Below are positions 38,326 to 49,700 of a stretch of DNA of 64,000 nt, piece by piece. Numbering within the stretch: position 1 is the first letter of the stretch; every line of letters begins with the position of its first letter. The position numbers were made by a program, and so were the translations under genes. The DNA is taken from assembly GCA_000002435.2 (NCBI GenBank), contig CM018790.1; one strand, 5' to 3'. Source of the DNA: Giardia intestinalis (lineage: Eukaryota). The notes under the pieces were generated by a model, which was given only the letters and a program-made list of their open reading frames with translations, ran no database searches and had not been told where the DNA came from.

Positions 38326-41300
38326 ATGGCAGAGCTAAGGCTCTCAATACCTCCAGCCGTTCTTCAACAGATGGTTGCTTTGGCTGCTGAGATTACTATT
38401 ATTGAAAATGGTCTCGCTCAAGCACTTACTCTGGCAGACCGAACCAGATTTCGCACATCTACAGAGTTGACTAACTACCTCTCTCATAAGCTAGACAAGC
38501 ACTTCTACACTACCGTTAGCCAGCGGATTGGATTCCAGCGAGCGGCGTTTCTCTCTGCCTCTGCAGCTATGAAAGAAACGGCTGATACCTGTTTCGAAGA
38601 TTGGGGCTCCACCATAGATAGCTTTAAAAGGGGCGTGGAAAAGATACCAGTTCTGCAGGCAGAGATAAAGAGCTTTACAAGCACTACAGAGCATGGGCTG
38701 CAGGAAGACCTAAAGGACATAAAGACGATCAACCAATCTCTTATCAACCAAGAGAAAGAAGCGCACAGTCTCCTTACAGAAAGGATAGCAGCTCTACAAC
38801 AAAAGACTTTGGAAACTATCAAGCCAGTAGGGTCTCTGCACTCTACCATAGATGCGACAAAGGACGAGCTTCGACATCTTAAGTACCAGCAACGGCTACG
38901 GTCCCAAGCCAATGAAGATAAGTTCTCGTCTCTGCGGTCTGCTCTTGATAAAGGGAATTTTCAGGCTATTCGAAGAGACCGGGTATTTAAACAGGCAGAG
39001 TCAGATATTCTGGAAAAGCTCAACCCGCTTCTCTTTCACCATATGTCTGAGGAGAGTAACTCCTCAAAAGAGCAACTACGTAATCTGCACACCACCATCT
39101 CTACTCAGCTGTCTACGCTGCGCGACTGGGAAAACAAGTTGAACGCTATGGCATCAATCTTTACCAGAGATCACTACACTACCGTTAAAAAACCGGTGGA
39201 GAGATCCATTGAATCAATGCGCACTGAAATAGTAGCACAACAAGAGCGCGTAATACTAGACTTACGCTCCATTCGGGATGAGTTGAACAGTGCTTATCTT
39301 GAACACAAGCGCGGAACAGAACTTATTCGCAAAGTCAAGATCGAAATGGACACTATGAAGCAGAAGTGGCATCAGAGTATAGATCTTCTCAAGAAGAAGT
39401 ACATGCTCAACGACTTGGAAGAGTTGCGCCGTATTTACGAGAAGGAGATCCCAGAGGCCTCTAGATCCAAGGCTTTCGAGCTCTGTGCGGATGCTGAGAC
39501 GACACTGGCATCCACTGAGCAGGCTGTTAAGATGTGGAGCGATCTCATGGCCCAAAGGGTCGAGTCAGAAGATGCAAAAATGAAGAAAATGGAGCAGACG
39601 CTTAACAGACTCTTGAGCGAGTTGATTCTAACCACGCACACACGTTCTCTGGGAATAGATGAGTTGAATAGGCGGCTTTCCCACAAGGCCTTCGAGCTAA
39701 CTCAGCTTGTTGGTACCCGCATGGATGACGCTCAGTTCAAGCAAAAACTCGCAGAAAAGGTGAGCAAATCCGATACAGATATAGCATTTGGTGTGTATTG
39801 TCCTGCGGAACACGAAGAACAGGTCATCCCTCAGCCCCCTCGTGGTAGGATTAACGCCAGCAACTCATACCGTCCTCAATCTGCCAATAATATTAATAAG
39901 AAAGTATGGAGCGATAAGAAGATTGCTGAAGATAGCAGATTGCTTCGAGAGTATCAGAATCAGTGTGCACTAAAGAGCGAAGATTTCAGCTTTATCAAAT
40001 ACTTTACAACTGCAATCATGAACGAAAAATCCGGATTAATGAGTGACCCTTCTCTAGCAGATACGGAGTCGACTATATATGCAGGTCCACACGGTAATGC
40101 CGTACTTGATAGCGATCACGTCGCCACACACGTTTTGCAGGTCAGTCCCAGCTTGGTGCAACAGAGGGTTGCAGCCAGCCTAGCTCTCAGGGAGGCTTCT
40201 CAAAAGTCAATCAGCTCTCCGCTACCATTATCAGTCCCATCTGCTATGCCCGCTTCGAGTAAGGAGCAAATAAGGCTGCGCCCCGGAACCGAGGCCCTTT
40301 TCCCCAAGGAAAAAACTGCATCTACCGTATCACTGACTAATATTTACATGGCAGAGTCAGCGAGTGCCTCCCCAACAGAAGCAACCTCGCAGCACCAGCG
40401 ATTAAATCATACGGGTCGGAATCTCCGAGGACGCCGGTCGTACCATGCACGAATAGCACAAACTATTCTGAATGCAAACGAGGATCTAAACAAGCTAACT
40501 GACAGTATCGCCAAAGCAGAACGCGACCTAGAGGAAGCTGAAAGCAAGCGAGCCATAAATGCCGATTTGACCGGCATCAGAGTCAGAACGCGAGCTACCT
40601 CCGAAGGCATATCATCAAGGCACCAGCAGGTGATGTCTGTGCCCTCAAGCGTGCACGGAAGAAGTCGCTCTGGTAAGGTGGTATCCGCTGGCACTGAAAC
40701 GTCTCTGCTGCACGAAGATGATAAAGCCGTGATTTTCACAACCAGTGACATCAATCCAGAGGTCTTAGCGTATAGCAAATCGGAATCTAAAGATAATTAT
40801 AGAGCACAGAGATATCCTGATGGCATTAACCCCCGAACAGGTCTCTTCGAGGAAATTTCACCGTTCGAATATCAACAGCCCAGGGTAAAACATAGCACGG
40901 TCACAAAATCTACTCCTTCGTTGCCGGCCATGCCAGAAGAACTTGTGATTGTCAGTCACACTCTGGGGAAGGATCAGAATAGACAGCGACAACAGTTGAA
41001 CGCTCGACGCACAGTGCGCTCTGCTGTTCCCGTTGGCGAGCAATATCTGTTGAAGCAGTGTGAACCCCCACTAACCACCTCTATGGACGATATCTACGTT
41101 GAATCTGTCAATACCAACAAAGAGAGTGGCCTTACTAGCGCAGAGGCTAACAAGTTACCGAGAGCATACAGCGCCAATGCGGCTTTGAAAGCTAAAAGAG
41201 ATCTAGCTACTAACTCGCTTCTTGGCGATGAACCAGATAAGCTGGGGGCCTTTTTGACCATGGGCAACCCAGGGAGAGAATGCCTCCCTAAAATACTGGG

Positions 41301-41487
41301 CGGAATCATGGGCACACCGGTGCGCCTACCAGCGTCAAGACAAAGAAATCCGTCAAGGCAATCATGGGAAGAAAAAGCTCTTCGGCGGCTATCCCATGCT
41401 AGAGCAGAAGATCCCGCTACCAAATCAACAATCGACAACACCGAAAAGGTTCTGCGAGAGGCTGAAAAAGCTATTCACCAAGACTAA
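38326..41487 (+). CDS. Coiled-coil protein, hypothetical
   Basis: Long heptad-rich N-terminal half (about 500 aa) followed by a Ser/Pro-rich tail. The ORF-track ATG at 38266 overlaps the ATG of the divergent gene (cATG). The next in-frame ATG at 38326, after tataaaatctctttttggt, is the more plausible start. Confidence 0.8.
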   Translation: MAELRLSIPPAVLQQMVALAAEITIIENGLAQALTLADRTRFRTSTELTNYLSHKLDKHFYTTVSQRIGFQRAAFLSASAAMKETADTCFEDWGSTIDSFKRGVEKIPVLQAEIKSFTSTTEHGLQEDLKDIKTINQSLINQEKEAHSLLTERIAALQQKTLETIKPVGSLHSTIDATKDELRHLKYQQRLRSQANEDKFSSLRSALDKGNFQAIRRDRVFKQAESDILEKLNPLLFHHMSEESNSSKEQLRNLHTTISTQLSTLRDWENKLNAMASIFTRDHYTTVKKPVERSIESMRTEIVAQQERVILDLRSIRDELNSAYLEHKRGTELIRKVKIEMDTMKQKWHQSIDLLKKKYMLNDLEELRRIYEKEIPEASRSKAFELCADAETTLASTEQAVKMWSDLMAQRVESEDAKMKKMEQTLNRLLSELILTTHTRSLGIDELNRRLSHKAFELTQLVGTRMDDAQFKQKLAEKVSKSDTDIAFGVYCPAEHEEQVIPQPPRGRINASNSYRPQSANNINKKVWSDKKIAEDSRLLREYQNQCALKSEDFSFIKYFTTAIMNEKSGLMSDPSLADTESTIYAGPHGNAVLDSDHVATHVLQVSPSLVQQRVAASLALREASQKSISSPLPLSVPSAMPASSKEQIRLRPGTEALFPKEKTASTVSLTNIYMAESASASPTEATSQHQRLNHTGRNLRGRRSYHARIAQTILNANEDLNKLTDSIAKAERDLEEAESKRAINADLTGIRVRTRATSEGISSRHQQVMSVPSSVHGRSRSGKVVSAGTETSLLHEDDKAVIFTTSDINPEVLAYSKSESKDNYRAQRYPDGINPRTGLFEEISPFEYQQPRVKHSTVTKSTPSLPAMPEELVIVSHTLGKDQNRQRQQLNARRTVRSAVPVGEQYLLKQCEPPLTTSMDDIYVESVNTNKESGLTSAEANKLPRAYSANAALKAKRDLATNSLLGDEPDKLGAFLTMGNPGRECLPKILGGIMGTPVRLPASRQRNPSRQSWEEKALRRLSHARAEDPATKSTIDNTEKVLREAEKAIHQD

Positions 41488-41505
41488 ATCTGAGGTGAAA
41501 AATAA

Positions 41506-41925
41506 ATGCCCCCTGTCATTGCTTCGAACTTTGCTGTGAGCGGAGCGAACGATTATGTGACCACATCCAATGGCAGTGACTCCCGCCTGGACTGCACAGT
41601 TCCTTCTATTGCTCCAGCCGTTGACTTGGAAGGTTATGAGGGTACTACGTGGAGAGCCTGCGAAGATCTATCCAAAAGCGATCTAGTAAGTCCTCTGCGG
41701 ATTTTTGATGAAATACCACTGGCATCGATGCCACTAGTACGGATATTGTCGCCGGAATCTTTCTACCGTTCTTGCTTCAAAACAACCACGTCTATCACCT
41801 CTCCTAAGCCTCCCGCACGGCAAAGAAGCATGCTTCCAGACGATAGCGACGTCTCAGACATAACGTATGGTCACCAAAAGAACCGCCTCCCAGATCTATC
41901 ATGGCGCTTCAAGCCTATTCTTTAG
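41506..41925 (+). CDS. Small hypothetical protein (139 aa)
   Basis: ATG preceded by gtgaaaaataaATG, 18 nt after the upstream stop. Its 3' end overlaps the convergent gene by 27 nt. No domain recognised. Confidence 0.45.
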   Translation: MPPVIASNFAVSGANDYVTTSNGSDSRLDCTVPSIAPAVDLEGYEGTTWRACEDLSKSDLVSPLRIFDEIPLASMPLVRILSPESFYRSCFKTTTSITSPKPPARQRSMLPDDSDVSDITYGHQKNRLPDLSWRFKPIL

Positions 41926-42693
41926 CCTCTCCAACTGCCTTTTCAAGGCCAGATATTTGTAGATCTTGTCACCATATCTGTCTAGGTTGTCTCCGAAATA
42001 CTCTAAATGGCGTCTCATCTGACCTAGTAGATCAGCAGATTTCCTTAACGCGTCTATTAGTCCAGCAGAAAATGCTCTCAAACCACCACTACACTTCTTT
42101 TCAATTCCTTCCGCAACGGCGATACGCGAACGGCAGAGCAGATGCTGAAGACTAAGCAGCTGCTTGCCGTATTCCTGCCGTAGAACACTATAATCGAGTG
42201 TCTCCATAACCTTTGCGGTTCCAATCTTTTGTAAACAAGCCTCTAATGTAGTCGTTATAAGCCTGGTGCGTTCATCGTTAATTTCTGCCTCGAGACTGTG
42301 AAGATCAAGTCGGGCCTGGTCGAGGCTTTGAGAAAGGGTAGAGTGCCAGTTAACCATCCGCTGCGTATGCATCTCTGGAGCTGTGACGGGCTGCCCCATC
42401 TGCGAAGAGAGATCGGAGGCAATCTTCAAATACCTTGGTAGTCGAAGAATCTGCTTTTGGATAAAGTTGAAGACATACTCGCTGTCCTCCAGTATGTCAT
42501 AGTGCTTAAAATGCTGTCCAATAAGTGTAGATCGCAAGGATACAAGCTCTGCCAACTTCTGCATTTCCTGCTCGTGTTTGTACTTGAGTTCATCTAGATC
42601 TTTGTGCGCACATACAAGCTTTGCGTTTAGTGCATCTATAATATTAGAAACGAGAGGGTGAGAAGCAGTGAATCCATCTGCCTGCCTCAGCAT
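41899..42693 (-). CDS. Coiled-coil protein, hypothetical (264 aa)
   Basis: ATG start confirmed. Heptad-like helical sequence throughout. No family recognised. Confidence 0.7.
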   Translation of the reverse strand: MLRQADGFTASHPLVSNIIDALNAKLVCAHKDLDELKYKHEQEMQKLAELVSLRSTLIGQHFKHYDILEDSEYVFNFIQKQILRLPRYLKIASDLSSQMGQPVTAPEMHTQRMVNWHSTLSQSLDQARLDLHSLEAEINDERTRLITTTLEACLQKIGTAKVMETLDYSVLRQEYGKQLLSLQHLLCRSRIAVAEGIEKKCSGGLRAFSAGLIDALRKSADLLGQMRRHLEYFGDNLDRYGDKIYKYLALKRQLERLKNRLEAP

Positions 42694-42725
42694 GTTATTT
42701 TTACGTTTGGCTCTCCACCAGTAAC

Positions 42726-43784
42726 CTAGTAGACATCATCGTACTCCGGGGCCTGCTTTCTACGCCCGAGGTAACAGAGGCCGTCGACAAAGTCATTCAG
42801 GCTGTTCCCGGAGTGTCCCTTAACATGGACGAACTTTACTGTTCGGGATTGCATTTCAGCATAAATCCAGAGCAGAAGATCTTTGTTGAGAGGCTTTGCA
42901 TTTATGATATCTTTTCTATTAGGGTTTTGAGGGCAAAGCAACCCTTTTTTCTTCCACTGAGTAAGCCATACCCTGCAGCAATTGATTGCATACTGCGAGT
43001 CGGAGTATATGTGCAGAACGCTGCCCTGTGGGACGTTGAGCAAGGCACACAGGATACCCCGCAGCTCCATGCGATTATTAGTAGTGGATTTGTAACTGCG
43101 CGCAAACACATGCATCTCAGTAGCATTGAACAGCAGGCAGCCCCAGCCACCTGGGCCACCTGCACTGGGGGTTGAACCTCCATCTGTGAAGGCAACATAA
43201 TCCGGCGTACCGCTATCACTAAGGCTACTATTAGTGCCAGCTCTAGTTACAGAATTTGCTGATGCGGGGTTCTCTTTCCAAGCTCTTTCAGTGGCCTCCA
43301 TATGAAGCTTGGCTTCTGTGTAGCGTGCAAGATAATCTCTAGGAGATCCATTAGTGCTTTCTTCCAGAAATTTGAAGTGTGTGTCCGGTGCCAGGACTTT
43401 GGCCATGTCGACTAAATCGGCAGCCGACTTTCCATAAAACATGTCATAGCTCACAGGGGCAGCAGGCTCTGTGAATAAGCGCACAGCGTCATGAAGAGTG
43501 GTTGTTTTACTCTTTCTCTTTGACGGTAAAATATTGGCCTTTTTATCGCGAGAAGAGCCCTTGGAAACCTTGACAGATTTGTCCTTCGCTCTAATCTTCA
43601 CGTGCTCTGGGTCAATGTCTTTGTACCACCCAGAAGAAAATGGCTCGTCAGGGGTTCTGAACTTTTTGACTGTCAAGCCAGAAACTCCAGAAACGAGCTG
43701 TTTGACATAGTTCCAAGAGTATCCAATGTAGATCACGTTGGAACTACCGCGAGCGGCATAAACAGATTCAGCAGCAGGGTCCAT
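42726..43784 (-). CDS. Ribonuclease H1 with N-terminal hybrid-binding domain
   Basis: HBD-like VYAARGSSNVIYIGYSWNYVKQLVSGVSGLTVKKFRTPDE. RNase H core motifs GGWGCLL, TNNRMELRGIL, IYSDSQYAINC, W..W...G and HVKGHSGNSLNDFVDGL. The ORF-track start (43835) is a TTG; the first ATG is at 43784 (MDPAAES...). Confidence 0.9.
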   Translation of the reverse strand: MDPAAESVYAARGSSNVIYIGYSWNYVKQLVSGVSGLTVKKFRTPDEPFSSGWYKDIDPEHVKIRAKDKSVKVSKGSSRDKKANILPSKRKSKTTTLHDAVRLFTEPAAPVSYDMFYGKSAADLVDMAKVLAPDTHFKFLEESTNGSPRDYLARYTEAKLHMEATERAWKENPASANSVTRAGTNSSLSDSGTPDYVAFTDGGSTPSAGGPGGWGCLLFNATEMHVFARSYKSTTNNRMELRGILCALLNVPQGSVLHIYSDSQYAINCCRVWLTQWKKKGLLCPQNPNRKDIINAKPLNKDLLLWIYAEMQSRTVKFVHVKGHSGNSLNDFVDGLCYLGRRKQAPEYDDVY

Positions 43785-43834
43785 TGAAAGGGGACAAATG
43801 GAAGCAACTGCTAAAAAAGCAGCACTAAAAAACA

Positions 43835-45055
43835 ATGACGATCGCCCTTGCTCCCCTGGTCACAAAAAAGGACTGGCACGCGGTATCTGAGTCACTACAC
43901 ACCTTAGCATCATCGCCAGAGATGTACAAGGAGGACAGGGCTGGCTCACAAACTGACTTCCAGGGAATTCTTGAGTGTATCAAGGACTGTACACATGCTC
44001 TCGATAAGGTGGCTTTGGCCCATTTTTATGCAATCTACGTTCGATCGCTTCCTTTGTCTGAGGCTCTTGAGTTCGTTGAGAAGGAACGGGCTGTCTTTAA
44101 CCATCATCCAGAAGCCTTATCCGTGATAATTGCTCTGCAGTACCTTCTGTACACAGCGGAACTGGACCCCGTTACCCTTGAGCATGCTATGGCGTTCTCC
44201 TACGAGCGTCAACTGCTCGAGAGCCTGTCTTCTGGTGTATTCTCAGTGTCTTCATACGCCGAAATGATGGCCTTGGAGGCCGCAATTCGCTATGCCATCG
44301 TGGAGCACCGCTTCTACGACATCTATCTATTTTATCAGAAAATGGTTCAGATAGCCATTACGACCCCTTGGGCATACAGTATACTTAGTAACTACTTCTG
44401 CATTGCTGTATGCTCATCGTTCTGTATTTGTGACCATCCCATCGACCTGCTGAGCCTAGTCTATAACGTGTCAGGAAAGAAGAATGCAGAGCACCCGTGC
44501 ACGTGTGCCGATACAGACATAACCGGTAGCACAACCGATAACAATAATAGAGGCATCTGCTGTGGTAGCCCATATTGCATTTCAATGGACTCCATGCTAT
44601 CATCTCACTTTCCACTCAAGGAAACACCGGCCCATAATCTTTTGCTCCAGGTCACTGAGGGTATAGTGCCCAGTGATAGTGAGCTTCCAAAGGACGCAAA
44701 GTACGGGGTTAACTTCTTGTCAGTCAAAGACGGAATCCGCAGACAGGCCCTTCAGCACCGCTTCTGCAAGCTTTTGTATGATGCATCCCTGGCAAAGCGT
44801 AACAATTACCCCTACAGAGACCTTATGGACTCTCTTGAATTACCGAGTGTTCTAGACTTGGAGAGGTTTATATTGGACGCTATGAGGGCAAACCTTCTTG
44901 TGGGGACCTTAAACACGGTCTCGCAAACACTGACAGTGTCCATCATCCAAGCGCGGACAGTGTCGTCCAAGCAAGTCGTAGTCTTCAGCAAGCGCCTTCA
45001 GGAGTGGGCAGACAGAGTGGCGCATTGCCGATCCGTTTTAGATGAGTGCATGTAA
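43835..45055 (+). CDS. PCI-domain protein (proteasome lid Rpn9/PSMD13-like or eIF3m-like)
   Basis: The C-terminal YRDLMDSLELPSVLDLERFILDAMRANLLVGTLNTVSQTLTVSIIQARTVSSKQVVVFSKRLQEWADRV aligns by eye with the PSMD13 and EIF3M winged-helix tails (VE.lvmkAls.gLv.G.iD......v.w.qpR.l...q......rl..W...v). Confidence 0.6.
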   Translation: MTIALAPLVTKKDWHAVSESLHTLASSPEMYKEDRAGSQTDFQGILECIKDCTHALDKVALAHFYAIYVRSLPLSEALEFVEKERAVFNHHPEALSVIIALQYLLYTAELDPVTLEHAMAFSYERQLLESLSSGVFSVSSYAEMMALEAAIRYAIVEHRFYDIYLFYQKMVQIAITTPWAYSILSNYFCIAVCSSFCICDHPIDLLSLVYNVSGKKNAEHPCTCADTDITGSTTDNNNRGICCGSPYCISMDSMLSSHFPLKETPAHNLLLQVTEGIVPSDSELPKDAKYGVNFLSVKDGIRRQALQHRFCKLLYDASLAKRNNYPYRDLMDSLELPSVLDLERFILDAMRANLLVGTLNTVSQTLTVSIIQARTVSSKQVVVFSKRLQEWADRVAHCRSVLDECM

Positions 45056-45311
45056 ATCTAGCCCCGATGGTCCAATCTTTTTTTCCAGTCTTTTTTTTTG
45101 TAATTGTGGCTTCAATCTTAGTAAATAATTTTAATTGCTCCCTCATTAACTCTGATGGGAAGCAGTGTGTGTACAAGGGTATAGCGAAGATAGTGAGTAG
45201 CCGGCATGATCGTAGCATCATTTGAACATCAGTTGCATAAGTAGCTGGGGTTGAGGCTTTCATCTCTAGTTAGCAACCTTAAATGATTGGGAATTTTACT
45301 CAAAAAGTTAA

Positions 45312-46709
45312 ATGATCACCATTGAGACAGAACTGATCAACAGTACCATTGACGCCCTCAAGGAACTCATTTCTCGGCCCCCTCTCACTGAGAAATTGCT
45401 GTCTCGGCCTCCTTTCAAATACATTCTTGACATCTGCAAAGCGGTATCTGCAGCCACTGGCTTCCCATCTCCAGAATCTTGCAACTACGATGACATAACA
45501 GATAGGGAGGAGCGCACTGCCTTTTTAACTTCTATAATTGGCCAGATCACTGATCAACTAGGCGTCCCCGTTGACGTTCAAATTAAGTCTATCTTGGCCG
45601 GCAAAGACGTTCCGAAGACACTCCGGATGTTGGTTATGTTGGCACAGGCAGCAAAGTTGTTCAAAGTAAGATCTAATTCCTCCCAACCTCCACCACAGCA
45701 AGCTCCCAGAGAGACGGTTGCCTCTCCCCCGCAAGAAGATTTGGAAGCTCTTGCACGCGAGAAGGCTGAGAAGGAGCGCCAAAGAAGAGAACAAGAGCAG
45801 CAGGAACGTGAACGAAAAGAGCGAGAGCGTCAGGAAAAGGAACGTGAAGAAAGAGAAAAACATGAGTTAGAATCACGTGAACGGGCGGAAGCAGAGCAGT
45901 GGAAGCAGAAGCAGCAGCAGCAGCAACAACAACAGCAATCTGCTATCTCTCCTCAGAAGAGCCCTCCTAAGGTGCGCTTTGCTGACGATGACAAGACTAG
46001 AGTAGAAGAACACCAGCCCGTCATTGAGCGTCCGCATTTTAATAGGCCTCCTCCCTCTCAGCACTCTCGTCGCATGGCAGTAACAGCAACTTCGGAGCCG
46101 AGCGCACCCCAGCCCTCTGCCATGCGTCTGGTCAAAGTCGTCAGAGAAGAAAGTTCCGACGAAAGCAATCAAGACCTCAATCAAAACGCGGGCCAGGACG
46201 GCGGGTTTACAATGGGGCTTGACGCTGAATGGTGCGATGAAATGCTACCTGGTGAGTTTCCTTTGGATACTGGGGCGCCGGCACCCTCCAGCACTCATGG
46301 AGAGCTAGTGGCAAACATACTTGATACTGCAGAAGCATATAATGTGGCCCTGCACGGAGATGGTTCGAAAAAGCCCACGGGCTTGTCTACACAAAGAGAC
46401 AAGAAACCCATTGACTCTTATAGCCAACCCGTTCAGAAGCTCATCTCTCATATTTCAGCGATCATTAGAAAGTCTGTTCCTTACGCTAAGCACACTGCAT
46501 TCCTTGACGAACATATATTGACTATGCGGACAGAACTTCATACTGCCTCGGAAGCAGTTACAAAGTTGCTATCCACCAGTTTGAAACAAGAAAGCTCTCT
46601 CAAGCAAGCCAATAATGCTTGCGAGTCGAAGCTACACAGCCTTAAGGAGCAAATATATAGTCTTCGGCAAGCGCAGCTGGAGCTCCTCCATAGCACACTT
46701 GCGCTCTAG
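45312..46709 (+). CDS. IFT54: Intraflagellar transport protein IFT54 (TRAF3IP1/MIP-T3 homologue)
   Basis: N-terminal [36 protein letters not shown] matches human TRAF3IP1 ([33 protein letters not shown]). A charged ERK-rich middle region with a poly-Q tract and a C-terminal coiled coil complete the family architecture. Confidence 0.9.
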   Translation: [465 protein letters not shown]

Positions 46710-46794
46710 TCAGGGACAGGAGTGCGCTTTGATCGGCGAGTTGTCGGATCTCCTTTAAAAAGTAAAAAAATCGGTTTTTTGACTTTTTCAACCC

Positions 46795-49700
46795 ATGCTG
46801 CTTCCGGAGCGACAGATCATTCTGGTTCATAAGGACACATTTTTAATTTTTCTTGTGTTCTCAGGCGGCTATGCAACTTACATGCTTTATAAATCCTGTA
46901 GCGTCCATTTCGGTATAAGTGAGGCACATGAACCAACCACCTTCTACGAGTTAGAATATCATCAGGATGCGCAAATGACTTGCCAGCAGATTCAAAACAC
47001 CAATCCTCGAGATCGGTTCATTGAGCTCAGTGCATTTTTTCCGGCACATGAGACGCATGTGCTTGGTTTGACGGAGACATATGCTGTTCCGATCGAGCGT
47101 AACCTCCTCCACAAGATGTTTAGCTCTATACTACCCATTATTGACGTTAGCAAGCCGAATTTTGTGCCGCCGTCACCCGCAGCGCCATCTTCGCCACGCC
47201 GGAAACTGAATCTACCTGTTGCCAAAGTTGCAATGAACGCCAAAGCAAAGTTAAAGGGCAAGCTACAGGAGGATCCGCACTTGCCCAAGATACCAGACGA
47301 CTGCTCGGTGCTCCAGTACTCTATTGAGAAGAACTTAGTGGATATCCAGAATGAAGATGTAAGCCAGGATGATATCAATATACCGAGAGTTGTCTCGAAG
47401 TCCAGTCTGCCTACCCTTGCTCAGGTTCAGCAGGGAGGCCCGTTAGCCGTTTCTGCTCCAACCCCCAGTGTATTGCTTAGTATCCCAAGGGGCGACACCC
47501 CGCAGTCGTGCTTTGCATCTGTTCGGTCCGCTATATCAACTACGGTAATGAGCGCCATCTCTAGTGTGAGGACAAACAGAATTGGTCAAAGGTTGGGTTT
47601 GAATAAGGAAACTGAAAGCAACGACAGTTTGACTAACAGCAGTCAATCCACCACTTCAGGAGTCGCCAGCAATACGTTCTCGACCACCTCGCCCAATAAA
47701 GCCTATCCAGATATTAGACGCTCGATGACTGAAGCCACTTTGACTGGGGCCCTCTTGGATAGTACAGGCAATCTTTTAGTCTTTTCAAATTTTTACAAGC
47801 GTAATTTTGTTCTGCGACTACCACAAGGGACAGGTAGCGCACTCTCGTTTGGCATATGCAATCAATATGTGCCGGGCAATCCTGCAACTCTCAAGAAGCT
47901 TACATTTAGGCTTAGAATGGTTACCTTTCCGGTTATCAACTACTCAAATTGCTGCCTATTCGCCTCTGAGATGATTTTGAACTTTCATCACGCAACCCTA
48001 ACCACGTTTCTCCTTACAGAGACCGCGCACCTCAAGTACTCGTTCCCCTCTATCATTGCAGCCGATAAGAACACTATAGATAGCTCTATAGATTATTTAT
48101 ATAAGCAAGACTTCAAAGTAATAAGCAAAGCCCTTCTCACAGAGCCCAAAGACCTTATACATCGATACTACTTTTTCAAGGTGAATCCGCAAGATCCAGA
48201 GTTCTTATCGGTCCATGATTATTCATCAGCTACCATCTTTATTCAAAAGCAGCTTACCAAGAGGCTGGCAACAGACTTTTTGGTGGGGTGTGCTGCTCTT
48301 TCTGTCCATAGCATTCCAAAGATATATCTTCCAGACCTGTCTCTACTCAAGGACCAGGAGCAAGAAGAGCTGAAGCCGGCAGAACCTCCTAAACTAACAT
48401 TTGGTTCTTCTCCATCTCATCCCAAGAACACAGATAGTCCTAACAGCAAGTGCGTCGATAACGATGCAGAGACCCAGGACAGCAATATGAGCACAGTCTA
48501 TAGTCTAAGCGCTCAGAGCTATGCTGATTTCGAAATGCTGAAGAGCAATGGTATTGTCTTACCGACCTCAGTCTCTACCAAACCACTAACAGGTCTTGAT
48601 GCACTCCACGCCTGTCACAAATCTTTACTCAGTATCCTTACTCATCAACGGTCATACTTTCTCGGCGTTTTCCCCATGCGCCCTTTTACCCTCAGCTACA
48701 CTGACCCTCGGAAGATCATGACCACTTGCGACAAGAAGACCCTCTACACCATCAACATTCTAATAGAGCCTGCTGATACCGCAACTAAGGAGAGCATAGG
48801 GCACACGCTTCGGTCATTGCCGTCGCTAAGTAGCTCAATCAACCCCAACATAAGCACATATCTAATTCTTACATTCCCAAAAGACAAGGTGCTAGGAACA
48901 ATAGTCAACTCTGCATACGGTGACCACAATATTGCCGGGGTTTATGTATACAACAAGCACAGCGAGCACATCACCCAGACGCTGGAGCGGACATTTAGTA
49001 CATTCAGCATCCTTGACCCGGTATCCAAACGGCGATCTCTTAGCAATCTTCAGTCCCTCCTCCCAGAGTACTGCGCCCTTTCCTTTGGCTCTAACACGAA
49101 ACAGCTCATAGCCTCCACCATCAGCAGCGACAGTAATTCGGGAATGGCCCATGACGATGACGACGATAACGATACGACTGTCGATGCAGACGATGTCACC
49201 AACGTGGTGTTCAGTCAGTTTCTCCACCAGGACCTCTACGACCATGGGCTATCGCCCACTGTCACAGGAGAGACGCGGCACCTGCTGGAACTGCATTTGG
49301 AACGCTTGGTAGAGAACATTTATTCTCTCGTATATGCTAAGATATATAATAGCGTCATTTCAGCGCTGAACTGCAACTTCTTGATCAATTTCACCGGGTG
49401 CAGCAGCGTTGGTAAAACAGAACTGGTGGACTCGTTTTTGGGAGCAGATGGCGCAGCCTGTATTCAGGAATCTTCATACACAAGCCTAGAGCGCGTGCAC
49501 GCTTACCTGGATGGCAATTTTAACCACCCTTTTGTCATTGACCATGAGGACTTGCTTCGTGAGCTGGTGAAGTACCGTTTGAAGTGTGTACGAGATGGAT
49601 GTTTGTTCAGTCTCTACGAGGGGAACCTGTCTGTGTACAACCCGTCTGTTCTTGACAAAGCGGAGCGATCCCTTGTATTACACCTTCATACAAATCAGGC

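Noticed and set aside
44985-45263. 92-aa minus-strand ORF in the spacer between the PCI and IFT54 genes
   Set aside because: It overlaps the 3' end of the PCI gene, has no A/T-rich start context and has no recognisable sequence features. It is probably spurious. I also saw no convincing C/D or H/ACA snoRNA boxes in this 256-bp spacer.
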